A stretch of 64,000 nucleotides of DNA. Origin: Escherichia coli. GTDB lineage: Bacteria; Pseudomonadota; Gammaproteobacteria; Enterobacterales; Enterobacteriaceae. The position numbers and the translations under genes were made by a program. The number at the start of each line of letters is the position of its first letter. Position 1 is the stretch's first letter. Location: NCBI RefSeq assembly GCF_051903065.1, contig NZ_CP178438.1. One strand, given 5' to 3'. Under the pieces are notes generated by a model. It worked only from the letters and a program-made list of their open reading frames with translations. It searched no databases and was not told the DNA's origin. Shown piece after piece: positions 9,401 to 17,949 of the stretch.

Positions 9401-10474
9401 ATGCGCCAGGAAACCCGCTTTAAATTTAATGCTTACCTGTCCCGTGTTGCCGAATTGAACGGCATCGACGCCGGTGATGTGTCGAAAAAATTCACCGTTG
9501 AACCGTCGGTCACCCAGACCCTGATGAACACCATGCAGGAGTCCTCTGACTTTCTGACCCGCATCAACATTGTGCCGGTCAGCGAAATGAAAGGGGAAAA
9601 AATTGGTATTGGTGTCACCGGCTCCATCGCCAGCACCACCGACACCGCCGGTGGCACCGAGCGTCAGCCGAAGGACTTCTCGAAGCTGGCGTCAAACAAG
9701 TACGAATGCGACCAGATTAACTTCGATTTTTATATCCGCTACAAAACGCTGGACCTGTGGGCGCGTTATCAGGATTTCCAGCTCCGTGTCCGTAACGCCA
9801 TTATCAAACGCCAGTCCCTTGATTTAATCATGGCCGGTTTTAACGGCGTGAGGCGTGCCGAAACCTCTGACCGCAGCAGTAACCCGATGCTGCAGGATGT
9901 GGCGGTCGGCTGGCTGCAGAAATACCGCAATGAAGCTCCGGCGCGCGTGATGAGCAAGGTCACTGACGAGGAAGGGCACACCACCTCTGAGGTCATCCGC
10001 GTGGGTAAGGGCGGTGATTATGCCAGCCTTGATGCACTGGTGATGGATGCGACCAACAACCTGATTGAGCCGTGGTATCAGGAAGACCCTGACCTTGTGG
10101 TGATTGTGGGACGTCAGCTACTGGCGGACAAGTATTTTCCCATCGTCAACAAGGAGCAGGACAACAGCGAAATGCTGGCCGCTGACGTCATCATCAGCCA
10201 GAAACGCATCGGCAACCTGCCAGCGGTACGCGTCCCGTACTTCCCGGCTGATGCGATGCTCATCACGAAGCTGGAAAACCTGTCCATCTACTACATGGAT
10301 GACAGCCATCGCCGCGTGATTGAGGAAAACCCGAAACTCGATCGCGTGGAGAACTACGAGTCAATGAACATTGATTACGTGGTGGAGGACTACGCCGCCG
10401 GTTGTCTGGTGGAAAAAATTAAGGTCGGTGATTTCTCCACACCGGCTAAAGCGACCGCAGAGCCGGGAGCGTAA
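9401..10474 (+). CDS. N: Major capsid protein gpN
   Basis: 357 aa, P2 gpN size and position. Confidence 0.9.
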   Translation: MRQETRFKFNAYLSRVAELNGIDAGDVSKKFTVEPSVTQTLMNTMQESSDFLTRINIVPVSEMKGEKIGIGVTGSIASTTDTAGGTERQPKDFSKLASNKYECDQINFDFYIRYKTLDLWARYQDFQLRVRNAIIKRQSLDLIMAGFNGVRRAETSDRSSNPMLQDVAVGWLQKYRNEAPARVMSKVTDEEGHTTSEVIRVGKGGDYASLDALVMDATNNLIEPWYQEDPDLVVIVGRQLLADKYFPIVNKEQDNSEMLAADVIISQKRIGNLPAVRVPYFPADAMLITKLENLSIYYMDDSHRRVIEENPKLDRVENYESMNIDYVVEDYAAGCLVEKIKVGDFSTPAKATAEPGA

Positions 10475-10477
10475 CCG

Positions 10478-11221
10478 ATGACGAGTCCCGCACAGCGCCA
10501 CATGATGCGGGTCTCGGCAGCGATGACCGCGCAGCGGGAAGCCGCCCCGCTGCGACATGCAACTGTCTATGAGCAGATGCTGGTTAAGCTGGCCGCAGAC
10601 CAGCGCACACTGAAAGCGATTTATTCAAAAGAGCTGAAGGCCGCGAAAAAACGCGAACTGCTGCCGTTCTGGTTGCCGTGGGTGAACGGCGTGCTGGAGC
10701 AGGGCAAAGGTGCACAGGATGACATTCTGATGACGGTCATGCTGTGGCGTCTGGATACCGGCGATATTGGCGGTGCGCTGGAGATTGCCCGTTATGCCCT
10801 GAAGTACGGTCTGACCATGCCGGGTAAACACCGCCGTACCCCGCCGTACATGTTCACCGAGGAGGTGGCGCTCGCGGCCATGCGCGCCCACGCTGCCGGT
10901 GAGTCTGTGGATACCCGCCTGCTGACGGAGACCCTTGAACTGACCGCCACGGCTGACATGCCTGATGAAGTGCGCGCAAAGCTGCACAAAATCACCGGTC
11001 TGCTTCTGCGTGATGGTGGTGATGCCGCCGGTGCGCTGGCTCACCTGCAACGTGCGACACAGCTCGACTGTCAGGCAGGTGTCAAAAAAGAGATTGAACG
11101 ACTGGAGCGGGAGCTGAAACCGAAGCCGGAGCCGCAGCCCAAAGCGGCCACCCGCGCCCCGCGTAAGACCCGGAGCGTGACACCGGCAAAACGTGGACGC
11201 CCGAAAAAGAAAGCCAGTTAA
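10478..11221 (+). CDS. M: Terminase small (endonuclease) subunit gpM
   Basis: 247 aa, position after N, basic C-terminus. Confidence 0.88.
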   Translation: MTSPAQRHMMRVSAAMTAQREAAPLRHATVYEQMLVKLAADQRTLKAIYSKELKAAKKRELLPFWLPWVNGVLEQGKGAQDDILMTVMLWRLDTGDIGGALEIARYALKYGLTMPGKHRRTPPYMFTEEVALAAMRAHAAGESVDTRLLTETLELTATADMPDEVRAKLHKITGLLLRDGGDAAGALAHLQRATQLDCQAGVKKEIERLERELKPKPEPQPKAATRAPRKTRSVTPAKRGRPKKKAS

Positions 11222-11320
11222 CAACCGAATGCGCCCCGCGCCAGGGCGGCACGCCGGTCAGTGTGGGTGAATCACCTGACACTGTACCGGCGTCCACCGC
11301 CCGACTTTTCTGAGGTAGTC

Positions 11321-11830
11321 ATGATGACGCTGATTATTCCGCGAAAGGAGGCTCCCGTGTCCGGTGAGGGTACGGTGGTCATCCCGCAACCGGCAGGCGA
11401 CGAGCCGGTGATTAAAAACACGTTCTTTTTTCCCGATATCGACCCGAAGCGCGTCCGGGAACGTATGCGCCTTGAGCAGACCGTCGCCCCCGCCCGTCTG
11501 CGTGAGGCCATCAAGTCAGGCATGGCGGAGACGAATGCGGAGCTGTACGAGTACCGCGAACAGAAAATTGCCGCCGGTTTTACGCGTCTGGCTGACGTCC
11601 CGGCAGACGATATCGACGGTGAAAGCATCAAGGTTTTTTACTACGAGCGCGCCGTGTGTGCGATGGCGACCGCGTCGCTTTATGAGCGTTATCGCGGCGT
11701 GGATGCCAGTGCGAAAGGCGACAAGAAGGCCGACAGCATTGACAGCACCATTGATGAACTGTGGCGGGATATGCGCTGGGCGGTGGCGCGTATCCAGGAC
11801 AAGCCGCGCTGCATCGTGAGTCAAATCTGA
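11321..11830 (+). CDS. L: Head completion/stabilisation protein gpL
   Basis: Start at MMTLIIPRKEAP (ATG 11321) inside ORF 11261..11830; 169 aa. Confidence 0.85.
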   Translation: MMTLIIPRKEAPVSGEGTVVIPQPAGDEPVIKNTFFFPDIDPKRVRERMRLEQTVAPARLREAIKSGMAETNAELYEYREQKIAAGFTRLADVPADDIDGESIKVFYYERAVCAMATASLYERYRGVDASAKGDKKADSIDSTIDELWRDMRWAVARIQDKPRCIVSQI

Positions 11831-12033
11831 TGAAGACCTTTGCGCTACAGGGCGACACGCTCGACGCCATTTGTGTCCGGTATTACGGGCGCACTGAGGG
11901 CGTGGTCGAGGCCGTGCTCGCCGCAAATCCGGGACTGGCTGAACTGGGCGCGGTGCTGCCACACGGCACCGCCGTCGAACTGCCCGACGTTCAGACCGCG
12001 CCCGTGGCTGAAACTGTCAATCTGTGGGAGTAA
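11830..12033 (+). CDS. X: Tail protein gpX
   Basis: 67 aa MKTFALQGDTLDAI; ATG overlaps L stop. Confidence 0.8.
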   Translation: MKTFALQGDTLDAICVRYYGRTEGVVEAVLAANPGLAELGAVLPHGTAVELPDVQTAPVAETVNLWE

Positions 12034-12036
12034 CGC

Positions 12037-12318
12037 ATGACAGCAGAAGAAAAAAGCGTCCTGTCGCTTTTCATGATTGGGGTGCTGATTGTTGTCGGCA
12101 AGGTGCTTGCCGGTGGTGAACCCATCACCCCGCGTCTGTTTATCGGGCGCATGTTGCTCGGTGGTTTTGTCTCGATGGTTGCCGGTGTTGTTCTGGTGCA
12201 GTTTCCTGACCTGTCACTGCCTGCGGTGTGCGGCATCGGCTCCATGCTGGGTATCGCCGGTTATCAGGTGATTGAGATTGCCATTCAGCGCCGCTTTAAG
12301 GGCAGGGGGAAACCGTAA
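12037..12318 (+). CDS. Y: Holin gpY
   Basis: 93 aa with hydrophobic transmembrane segments, directly precedes endolysin. Confidence 0.85.
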   Translation: MTAEEKSVLSLFMIGVLIVVGKVLAGGEPITPRLFIGRMLLGGFVSMVAGVVLVQFPDLSLPAVCGIGSMLGIAGYQVIEIAIQRRFKGRGKP

Positions 12319-12815
12319 TGCCGGTTATTAACACGCATCAGAATATCGCCGCCTTTCTCGACATGCTGGCCGTGTCCGAAGGGACGGCGAACCATCCGCT
12401 GACGAAAAACCGGGGCTATGACGTGATAGTCACCGGACTGGACGGAAAGCCGGAAATTTTCACCGACTACAGTGACCACCCGTTCGCACATGGCCGACCG
12501 GCGAAAGTGTTTAACCGTCGCGGTGAAAAATCCACGGCATCCGGTCGCTATCAGCAGCTTTACCTGTTCTGGCCGCACTACCGCAAACAGCTTGCCCTGC
12601 CGGATTTCAGTCCGTTGTCACAGGACAGACTCGCCATTCAGTTGATCCGCGAACGCGGTGCACTGGATGACATCCGGGCGGGACGCATTGAGCGCGCCAT
12701 TTCACGCTGTCGCAATATCTGGGCGTCCCTGCCGGGTGCCGGTTACGGTCAGCGTGAGCATTCACTGGAAAAACTGGTCACCGTCTGGCGTACCGCTGGC
12801 GGCGTACCGGCTTAA
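12318..12815 (+). CDS. K: Endolysin (lysozyme) gpK
   Basis: 165 aa, P2 K-like sequence. Confidence 0.88.
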   Translation: MPVINTHQNIAAFLDMLAVSEGTANHPLTKNRGYDVIVTGLDGKPEIFTDYSDHPFAHGRPAKVFNRRGEKSTASGRYQQLYLFWPHYRKQLALPDFSPLSQDRLAIQLIRERGALDDIRAGRIERAISRCRNIWASLPGAGYGQREHSLEKLVTVWRTAGGVPA

Positions 12816-12829
12816 ACGGAGTAAACACC

Positions 12830-13255
12830 ATGAAGAAATTATCCCTTTCACTGATGCTGAACGTGTCGCTGGCGCTGATGCTGGCACTGTCCCTGATTTA
12901 CCCGCAGAGCGTGGCCGTCAGTTTTGTCGCCACCTGGGCGATTCTGGCGACGGTTATCTGTGTGGTTGCCTGTGGTGTCGGCGTGTATGCCACTGAGTAT
13001 GTACTGGAGCGCTACGGGCGGGAGCTGCCGCCGGAATCGATGGTCGTGAAGATTGTCACGTCGCTGTTTTTGCAGCCGGTGCTGTGGCGCAGACGGGCGG
13101 TGGGTCTGGTGGTGATGGTGGCGACGTTTATCTCGCTGGTCGCTGCCGGGTGGATTTTTACCGCACTGATTTATCTCGTGGCATCGCTGTTTTTCCGGCT
13201 GATACGTAAAGCCTGTCGTCAGCGTCTTGAGGGGCGGGAACTATGTCAAAGCTGA
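12830..13255 (+). CDS. lysA: Lysis accessory membrane protein LysA
   Basis: 141 aa, multiple hydrophobic helices, position after K. Confidence 0.8.
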   Translation: MKKLSLSLMLNVSLALMLALSLIYPQSVAVSFVATWAILATVICVVACGVGVYATEYVLERYGRELPPESMVVKIVTSLFLQPVLWRRRAVGLVVMVATFISLVAAGWIFTALIYLVASLFFRLIRKACRQRLEGRELCQS

Positions 13256-13668
13256 TGATTGTGCTGGTCGTGTTGTTATCGCTGGCGGTGACCGGTCTGT
13301 TTCTGGTGAAACACAAAAATGCCAGCCTGCGCGCCTCGCTGGACAGGGCGAACAACGTCGCCAGCGGTCAGCAGACGACCATCACCATGCTGAAAAACCA
13401 GCTTCATGTTGCCCTTACCAGGGCAGACAAAAACGAGCTGGCGCAGGTGGCACTGCGTCAGGAGCTGGAGAACGCCGCGAAGCGTGAAGCACAGCGCGAG
13501 AAAACCATCACGAGGTTACTCAATGAAAACGAAGATTTTCGCCGCTGGTACGGTGCTGACCTGCCTGATGCTGTGCGCCGGTTGCACCAGCGCCCGGCCT
13601 GCGCCGACGCCAGTGATTGTCCACAACGCCTGCCCGAAAGTGAGTCTTTGCCCGATGCCGGGCAGTGA
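13243..13668 (+). CDS. lysB: i-spanin LysB (Rz-like)
   Basis: 141 aa, N-terminal TM helix then coiled-coil-like region. Confidence 0.8.
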   Translation: MSKLMIVLVVLLSLAVTGLFLVKHKNASLRASLDRANNVASGQQTTITMLKNQLHVALTRADKNELAQVALRQELENAAKREAQREKTITRLLNENEDFRRWYGADLPDAVRRLHQRPACADASDCPQRLPESESLPDAGQ

Positions 13669-13813
13669 CCCAGAGAAGAACGGCGATTTAAGTGCCGATA
13701 TCCGGCAGCTTGAGAACGCGCTGGCACACTGTGCCAGCCAGATAAAAATGATTAAACACTGTCAGGACGAAAACGATGCTCAAACCCGACAGCCTGCGCA
13801 GGGCGCTGACTGA
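13523..13813 (+). CDS. lysC: o-spanin lipoprotein LysC (Rz1-like), embedded/overlapping in lysB in +1 frame
   Basis: MKTKIFAAGTVLTCLMLCAGC: signal peptide with lipobox LCAGC; overlaps lysB 3' end in a different frame. Confidence 0.75.
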   Translation: MKTKIFAAGTVLTCLMLCAGCTSARPAPTPVIVHNACPKVSLCPMPGSDPEKNGDLSADIRQLENALAHCASQIKMIKHCQDENDAQTRQPAQGAD

Positions 13814-14243
13814 TGCCGTCACGGTGCTGAAAACCAGTCCAGAGATGCTGCGGATATTCGTGGATAACGGGAGTATTGCTTCCACACTGGCGACGTCGCT
13901 GTCATTCGAAAAGCGTTACACGCTCAATGTGATTGTGACCGACTTTACCGGTGATTTTGACCTGCTCATCGTGCCGGTGCTGGCGTGGCTGCGGGAAAAT
14001 CAGCCCGACATCATGACCACCGACGAAGGCCAGAAAAAGGGCTTCACGTTTTATGCAGACATCAACAATGACAGCAGCTTTGATATCAGTATCAGCCTGA
14101 TGCTGACCGAGCGCACGCTGGTCAGTGAGGTTGACGGTGCGCTGCATGTGAAGAATATCCCGGAACCTCCGCCGCCGGAGCCGGTCACCCGCCCGGTGGA
14201 GCTTTATATCAATGGCGAACTGGTGAGCAAGTGGGATGAATGA
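13776..14243 (+). CDS. R: Tail completion protein gpR
   Basis: 155 aa, P2 gpR size and position. Confidence 0.85.
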   Translation: MLKPDSLRRALTDAVTVLKTSPEMLRIFVDNGSIASTLATSLSFEKRYTLNVIVTDFTGDFDLLIVPVLAWLRENQPDIMTTDEGQKKGFTFYADINNDSSFDISISLMLTERTLVSEVDGALHVKNIPEPPPPEPVTRPVELYINGELVSKWDE

Positions 14244-14694
14244 GTTTAAGCGTTTTGAAGACCGGCTGACCGGACTGATTGAATCGCTGTCACCGTCAGG
14301 GCGTCGGCGACTGAGCGCCGAACTGGCGAAACGTCTGCGGCAGAGTCAGCAGCAGCGAATTAAATTACAAAAAGGCCCGGATGGTACGCCGTATGTACCG
14401 AGAAAAAACCAGCCAGTGCGAAATAAGAAAGGCCGGATAAAGCGGGAAATGTTTGTGAAATTACGCACTAACCGGTTTATGAAAGCAACAGGTAGCGAGA
14501 GTGCGGCGGTGGTGGAGTTTGCCAGCGGAGTGCAACGAATTGCGCGAGTACATCAATTAGGGCTTAAGGATAAGCCGGGGCGTAATAGTGCTGTGGTGGA
14601 ATATCCTGTTCGTGAGTTATTTGGTTTTGACAAGGAATCTATACAATTGATAGAAAGGGAGTTATTAGTGATTCTATCGAAAGATGTTATATGA
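14236..14694 (+). CDS. S: Tail completion protein gpS (3' end AT-rich, possibly chimeric)
   Basis: 152 aa; N-terminus MNEFKRFEDRLTGL P2 S-like; last ~35 codons are AT-rich and join the downstream cargo gene. Confidence 0.8.
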   Translation: MNEFKRFEDRLTGLIESLSPSGRRRLSAELAKRLRQSQQQRIKLQKGPDGTPYVPRKNQPVRNKKGRIKREMFVKLRTNRFMKATGSESAAVVEFASGVQRIARVHQLGLKDKPGRNSAVVEYPVRELFGFDKESIQLIERELLVILSKDVI

Positions 14695-15446
14695 GACGGG
14701 TGTTTATGGATGAAAAGTTTACTATTTTGAGAAAAAGAGTAAAGCACTCTCAAAAGAAAGTTATGGATTGTATTATTGCTGACCATAATGCTGATATATG
14801 TGTGTTATGCGGGAGTCCTGACGATATTACTCGTGAGCACATTATTCCTCAGTGGGCCTTTGAGTCAAATGCTGAAAAATCTTTAATTAATAAAAAGAAT
14901 AATCAGTCAACTCATTACATTAAAGCCACTGTACCAGCATGCAGAGTGTGCAATTCTGATTTGCTGGGAGTGTTTGAGTATAACCTGAAGAAATTTCTTA
15001 CGGAAAAGAGGGGAGAGGAGTTAACAGATTATGAGTATGATTGCATCATATGGTGGTTGCAATACATGGGTTTTAAGTTGCAATTAATGGATTTGCGGAA
15101 CCGCTTTCTCAGGTATAAAGGTGGTGATTATATCCCGTTCCTTGCAAACTTCCCGGTTGCAATGTTTTGGGGGAATGTCGATACGACGCCGGGGGATGTC
15201 TTCAGGATTATACGAAAATCGCGACGCAATCTGATGTCGAAATGGAAGGATAAAAAACATAATTCTTTGATGGTTTTTGAAACATCAAACAAGAGTTTTC
15301 ATTTCTTTCATAAGGTTGATGAATTTATTTTTATTGAAATGCCTCTGGTTAAGAAGGCGTTTTTCTTCTTTTTTAATAAAGAATTTGACAGCCATGATTT
15401 AGCTCATGAGGAGTGTATGAAGATTATAGAGAAGTGCTACAACTAA
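14691..15446 (+). CDS. HNH-motif nuclease-like cargo protein between S and V (P2 orf30 position); candidate defence or accessory gene
   Basis: 251 aa; CVLCGSPDDITREHIIPQW ... PACRVCNSD (CxxC...H...CxxCN His-Me finger pattern); strongly AT-rich; start may instead be ATG at 14706. Confidence 0.6.
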   Translation: MRRVFMDEKFTILRKRVKHSQKKVMDCIIADHNADICVLCGSPDDITREHIIPQWAFESNAEKSLINKKNNQSTHYIKATVPACRVCNSDLLGVFEYNLKKFLTEKRGEELTDYEYDCIIWWLQYMGFKLQLMDLRNRFLRYKGGDYIPFLANFPVAMFWGNVDTTPGDVFRIIRKSRRNLMSKWKDKKHNSLMVFETSNKSFHFFHKVDEFIFIEMPLVKKAFFFFFNKEFDSHDLAHEECMKIIEKCYN

Positions 15447-15455
15447 TATTTATTA

Positions 15456-15465
15456 TGTTGTGTCA
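15456..15465 (+). promoter_or_regulatory. Late-promoter-associated motif TGTTGTGTCA upstream of V (P_V region), part of palindrome TGTCACAGCTGACA
   Basis: ~68 bp upstream of V start; same motif as upstream of O and FI. Confidence 0.45.
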
Positions 15466-15523
15466 CAGCTGACAGAATCCTCCATGATTGCTGCTGGTAT
15501 CGTCCAGCGGCATCCTTCCCGTT

Positions 15524-16159
15524 ATGAACACTCTCGCAAATATTCAGGAACTCGCGCGCGCACTGCGCAACATGATTCGTACCGGCCTTGTCGTCGAAAC
15601 CAACCTTAAAGCCGGTCGCTGCCGTGTGCAGACCGGCGGCATGTGCACCGACTGGCTTCAGTGGCTGACCCATCGCGCCGGACGTTCGTGCACATGGTGG
15701 GCACCTTCCGTGGGGGAGCAGGTGCTGATTCTGGCCGTGGGCGGTGAACTTGACACGGCGTTTGTTCTGCCGGGGATTTATTCCGGCGATAACCCTCCGC
15801 CGTCTGCGTCGGCGGATGCCCTGCATATCCGTTTCCCTGACGGGGCGGTGATTGAGTATGAACCCGAAACCAGTGCACTTACGGTAAGCGGAATTAAAAC
15901 GGCCAGCGTGACGGCTTCTGATTCTGTTACCGCCACGGTGCCGGTGGTCATGGTGAAAGCATCAACCCGCGTCACCCTGGACACACCGGAGGTGGTCTGC
16001 ACCAACAGGCTGATTACCGGCACGCTGGAAGTGCAGAAGGGCGGGACGATGCGCGGCAACATTGAACACACCGGCGGTGAACTCTCATCAAACGGTAAGG
16101 TACTTCATACCCATAAACACCCCGGCGACAGCGGCGGCACAACAGGGGGACCTCTATGA
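15524..16159 (+). CDS. V: Baseplate spike/assembly protein gpV
   Basis: Start at MNTLANIQELARALRNM (ATG 15524) inside ORF 15488..16159. Confidence 0.88.
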   Translation: MNTLANIQELARALRNMIRTGLVVETNLKAGRCRVQTGGMCTDWLQWLTHRAGRSCTWWAPSVGEQVLILAVGGELDTAFVLPGIYSGDNPPPSASADALHIRFPDGAVIEYEPETSALTVSGIKTASVTASDSVTATVPVVMVKASTRVTLDTPEVVCTNRLITGTLEVQKGGTMRGNIEHTGGELSSNGKVLHTHKHPGDSGGTTGGPL

Positions 16160-16503
16160 CTGCGCGTTATCTCGGAATGAATCGCAGTGATGGCCTGACT
16201 GTCACTGACCTTGAGCATATCAGCCAGAGTATCGGCGATATCCTGCGCACACCGGTCGGCTCGCGGGTGATGCGTCGTGATTACGGCTCGTTGCTGGCGT
16301 CAATGATTGACCAGCCGCAGACCCCGGCGCTTGAGTTGCAGATTAAGGTCGCCTGTTACATGGCGGTGCTGAAATGGGAACCCCGCGTCACCCTGTCATC
16401 CGTCACCACTGAGCGCAGTTTTGACGGGCGAATGACGGTCACGTTAACCGGCCAGCACAACGACACCGGCCAGCCACTTTCGTTAACCATTCCTGTGAGT
16501 TGA
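16156..16503 (+). CDS. W: Baseplate protein gpW
   Basis: 115 aa, position. Confidence 0.88.
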   Translation: MTARYLGMNRSDGLTVTDLEHISQSIGDILRTPVGSRVMRRDYGSLLASMIDQPQTPALELQIKVACYMAVLKWEPRVTLSSVTTERSFDGRMTVTLTGQHNDTGQPLSLTIPVS

Positions 16504-16507
16504 AACC

Positions 16508-17416
16508 ATGCCGATTATCGACCTGAACCAGCTACCCGCACCGGATGTGGTTGAGGAGCTGGACTTTGAAACCATTCTTGCCGAACGCAAGGCGACACTG
16601 ATTTCCCTTTACCCGGAAGACCAGCAGGAGGCGGTCGCCCGTACCCTGACGCTGGAATCTGAGCCTCTCGTCAAACTGCTGGAGGAAAATGCTTATCGTG
16701 AGCTTATCTGGCGTCAGCGTGTGAATGAGGCCGCACGGGCGGTGATGCTGGCCTGTGCTGCCGGTAATGACCTTGATGTGATTGGTGCCAATTACAACAC
16801 CACGCGCCTGATTATCACCCTGGAAGATGATTCGACCATCCCGCCGACACCGGCAGTGATGGAATCTGACACGGATTATCGTCTGCGTATTCAGCAGGCG
16901 TTTGAAGGTTTAAGCGTCGCCGGGTCGGTGGGGGCCTATCAGTATCATGGTCGCAGTGCCGACGGGCGTGTCGCGGATATTTCTGTAACCAGTCCGTCTC
17001 CGGCCTGCGTCACCATCTCTGTGCTGTCACGTGAAAATAACGGCGTCGCATCCGAAGACCTGCTGGCCGTGGTGCGTAACGCCCTTAATGGTGAGGACGT
17101 CAGACCGGTGGCCGACCGCGTGACCGTGCAGTCTGCCGCCATCGTTGAATACCAGATAAACGCCACGCTTTACCTTTACCCTGGTCCCGAAAGCGAACCC
17201 ATACGCGCTGCTGCCGTGAAAAAACTGGAAGCGTACATCACGGCACAGCACCGGCTGGGGCGCGACATCCGTCTGTCTGCCATTTATGCCGCTTTGCATG
17301 TGGAAGGCGTGCAGCGTGTCGAACTGACTGCACCGCTGGCCGACATCGTGCTCAACAGTACGCAGGCGTCTTTCTGTACCGAATACCGCGTCGTGACCGG
17401 AGGCTCGGATGAGTGA
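16508..17416 (+). CDS. J: Baseplate protein gpJ
   Basis: 302 aa, position. Confidence 0.88.
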   Translation: MPIIDLNQLPAPDVVEELDFETILAERKATLISLYPEDQQEAVARTLTLESEPLVKLLEENAYRELIWRQRVNEAARAVMLACAAGNDLDVIGANYNTTRLIITLEDDSTIPPTPAVMESDTDYRLRIQQAFEGLSVAGSVGAYQYHGRSADGRVADISVTSPSPACVTISVLSRENNGVASEDLLAVVRNALNGEDVRPVADRVTVQSAAIVEYQINATLYLYPGPESEPIRAAAVKKLEAYITAQHRLGRDIRLSAIYAALHVEGVQRVELTAPLADIVLNSTQASFCTEYRVVTGGSDE

Positions 17417-17939
17417 TTCGCGACTGCTGCCGACCGGCTCATCACCGCTTGAAGTTGCCGCCGCAAAAGCCTGTGCGGAAATTGAAAAAACGCCGGTCAG
17501 GATTCGTGAACTGTGGAACCCGGATACCTGTCCGGCAAATCTGCTGCCGTGGCTGGCGTGGGCGTTTTCGGTCGACAGGTGGGATGAAAAGTGGCCGGAA
17601 GCGACAAAACGCGCCGTTATCCGCGATGCCTATTTCATCCACTGTCATAAGGGCACTATCGGTGCAATCCGGCGTGTGGTGGAGCCGCTCGGCTATCTCA
17701 TCAACGTGACGGAGTGGTGGGAAAACAGTGACCCGCCCGGCACCTTCCGGCTTGATATTGGTGTACTGGAAAGTGGCATCACAGAGGCAATGTATCAGGA
17801 AATGGAACGGCTGATTGCTGATGCCAAACCTGCAAGCCGTCATCTTATTGGCCTGAACATTACCCGGGACATTCCCGGCTACCTGTTCGCCGGTGGTGTG
17901 GCTTACGACGGCGATGTAATTACGGTTTACCCCGGATAA
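17409..17939 (+). CDS. I: Baseplate protein gpI
   Basis: 176 aa, position. Confidence 0.85.
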   Translation: MSDSRLLPTGSSPLEVAAAKACAEIEKTPVRIRELWNPDTCPANLLPWLAWAFSVDRWDEKWPEATKRAVIRDAYFIHCHKGTIGAIRRVVEPLGYLINVTEWWENSDPPGTFRLDIGVLESGITEAMYQEMERLIADAKPASRHLIGLNITRDIPGYLFAGGVAYDGDVITVYPG

Positions 17940-17949
17940 GTGAGGAATA

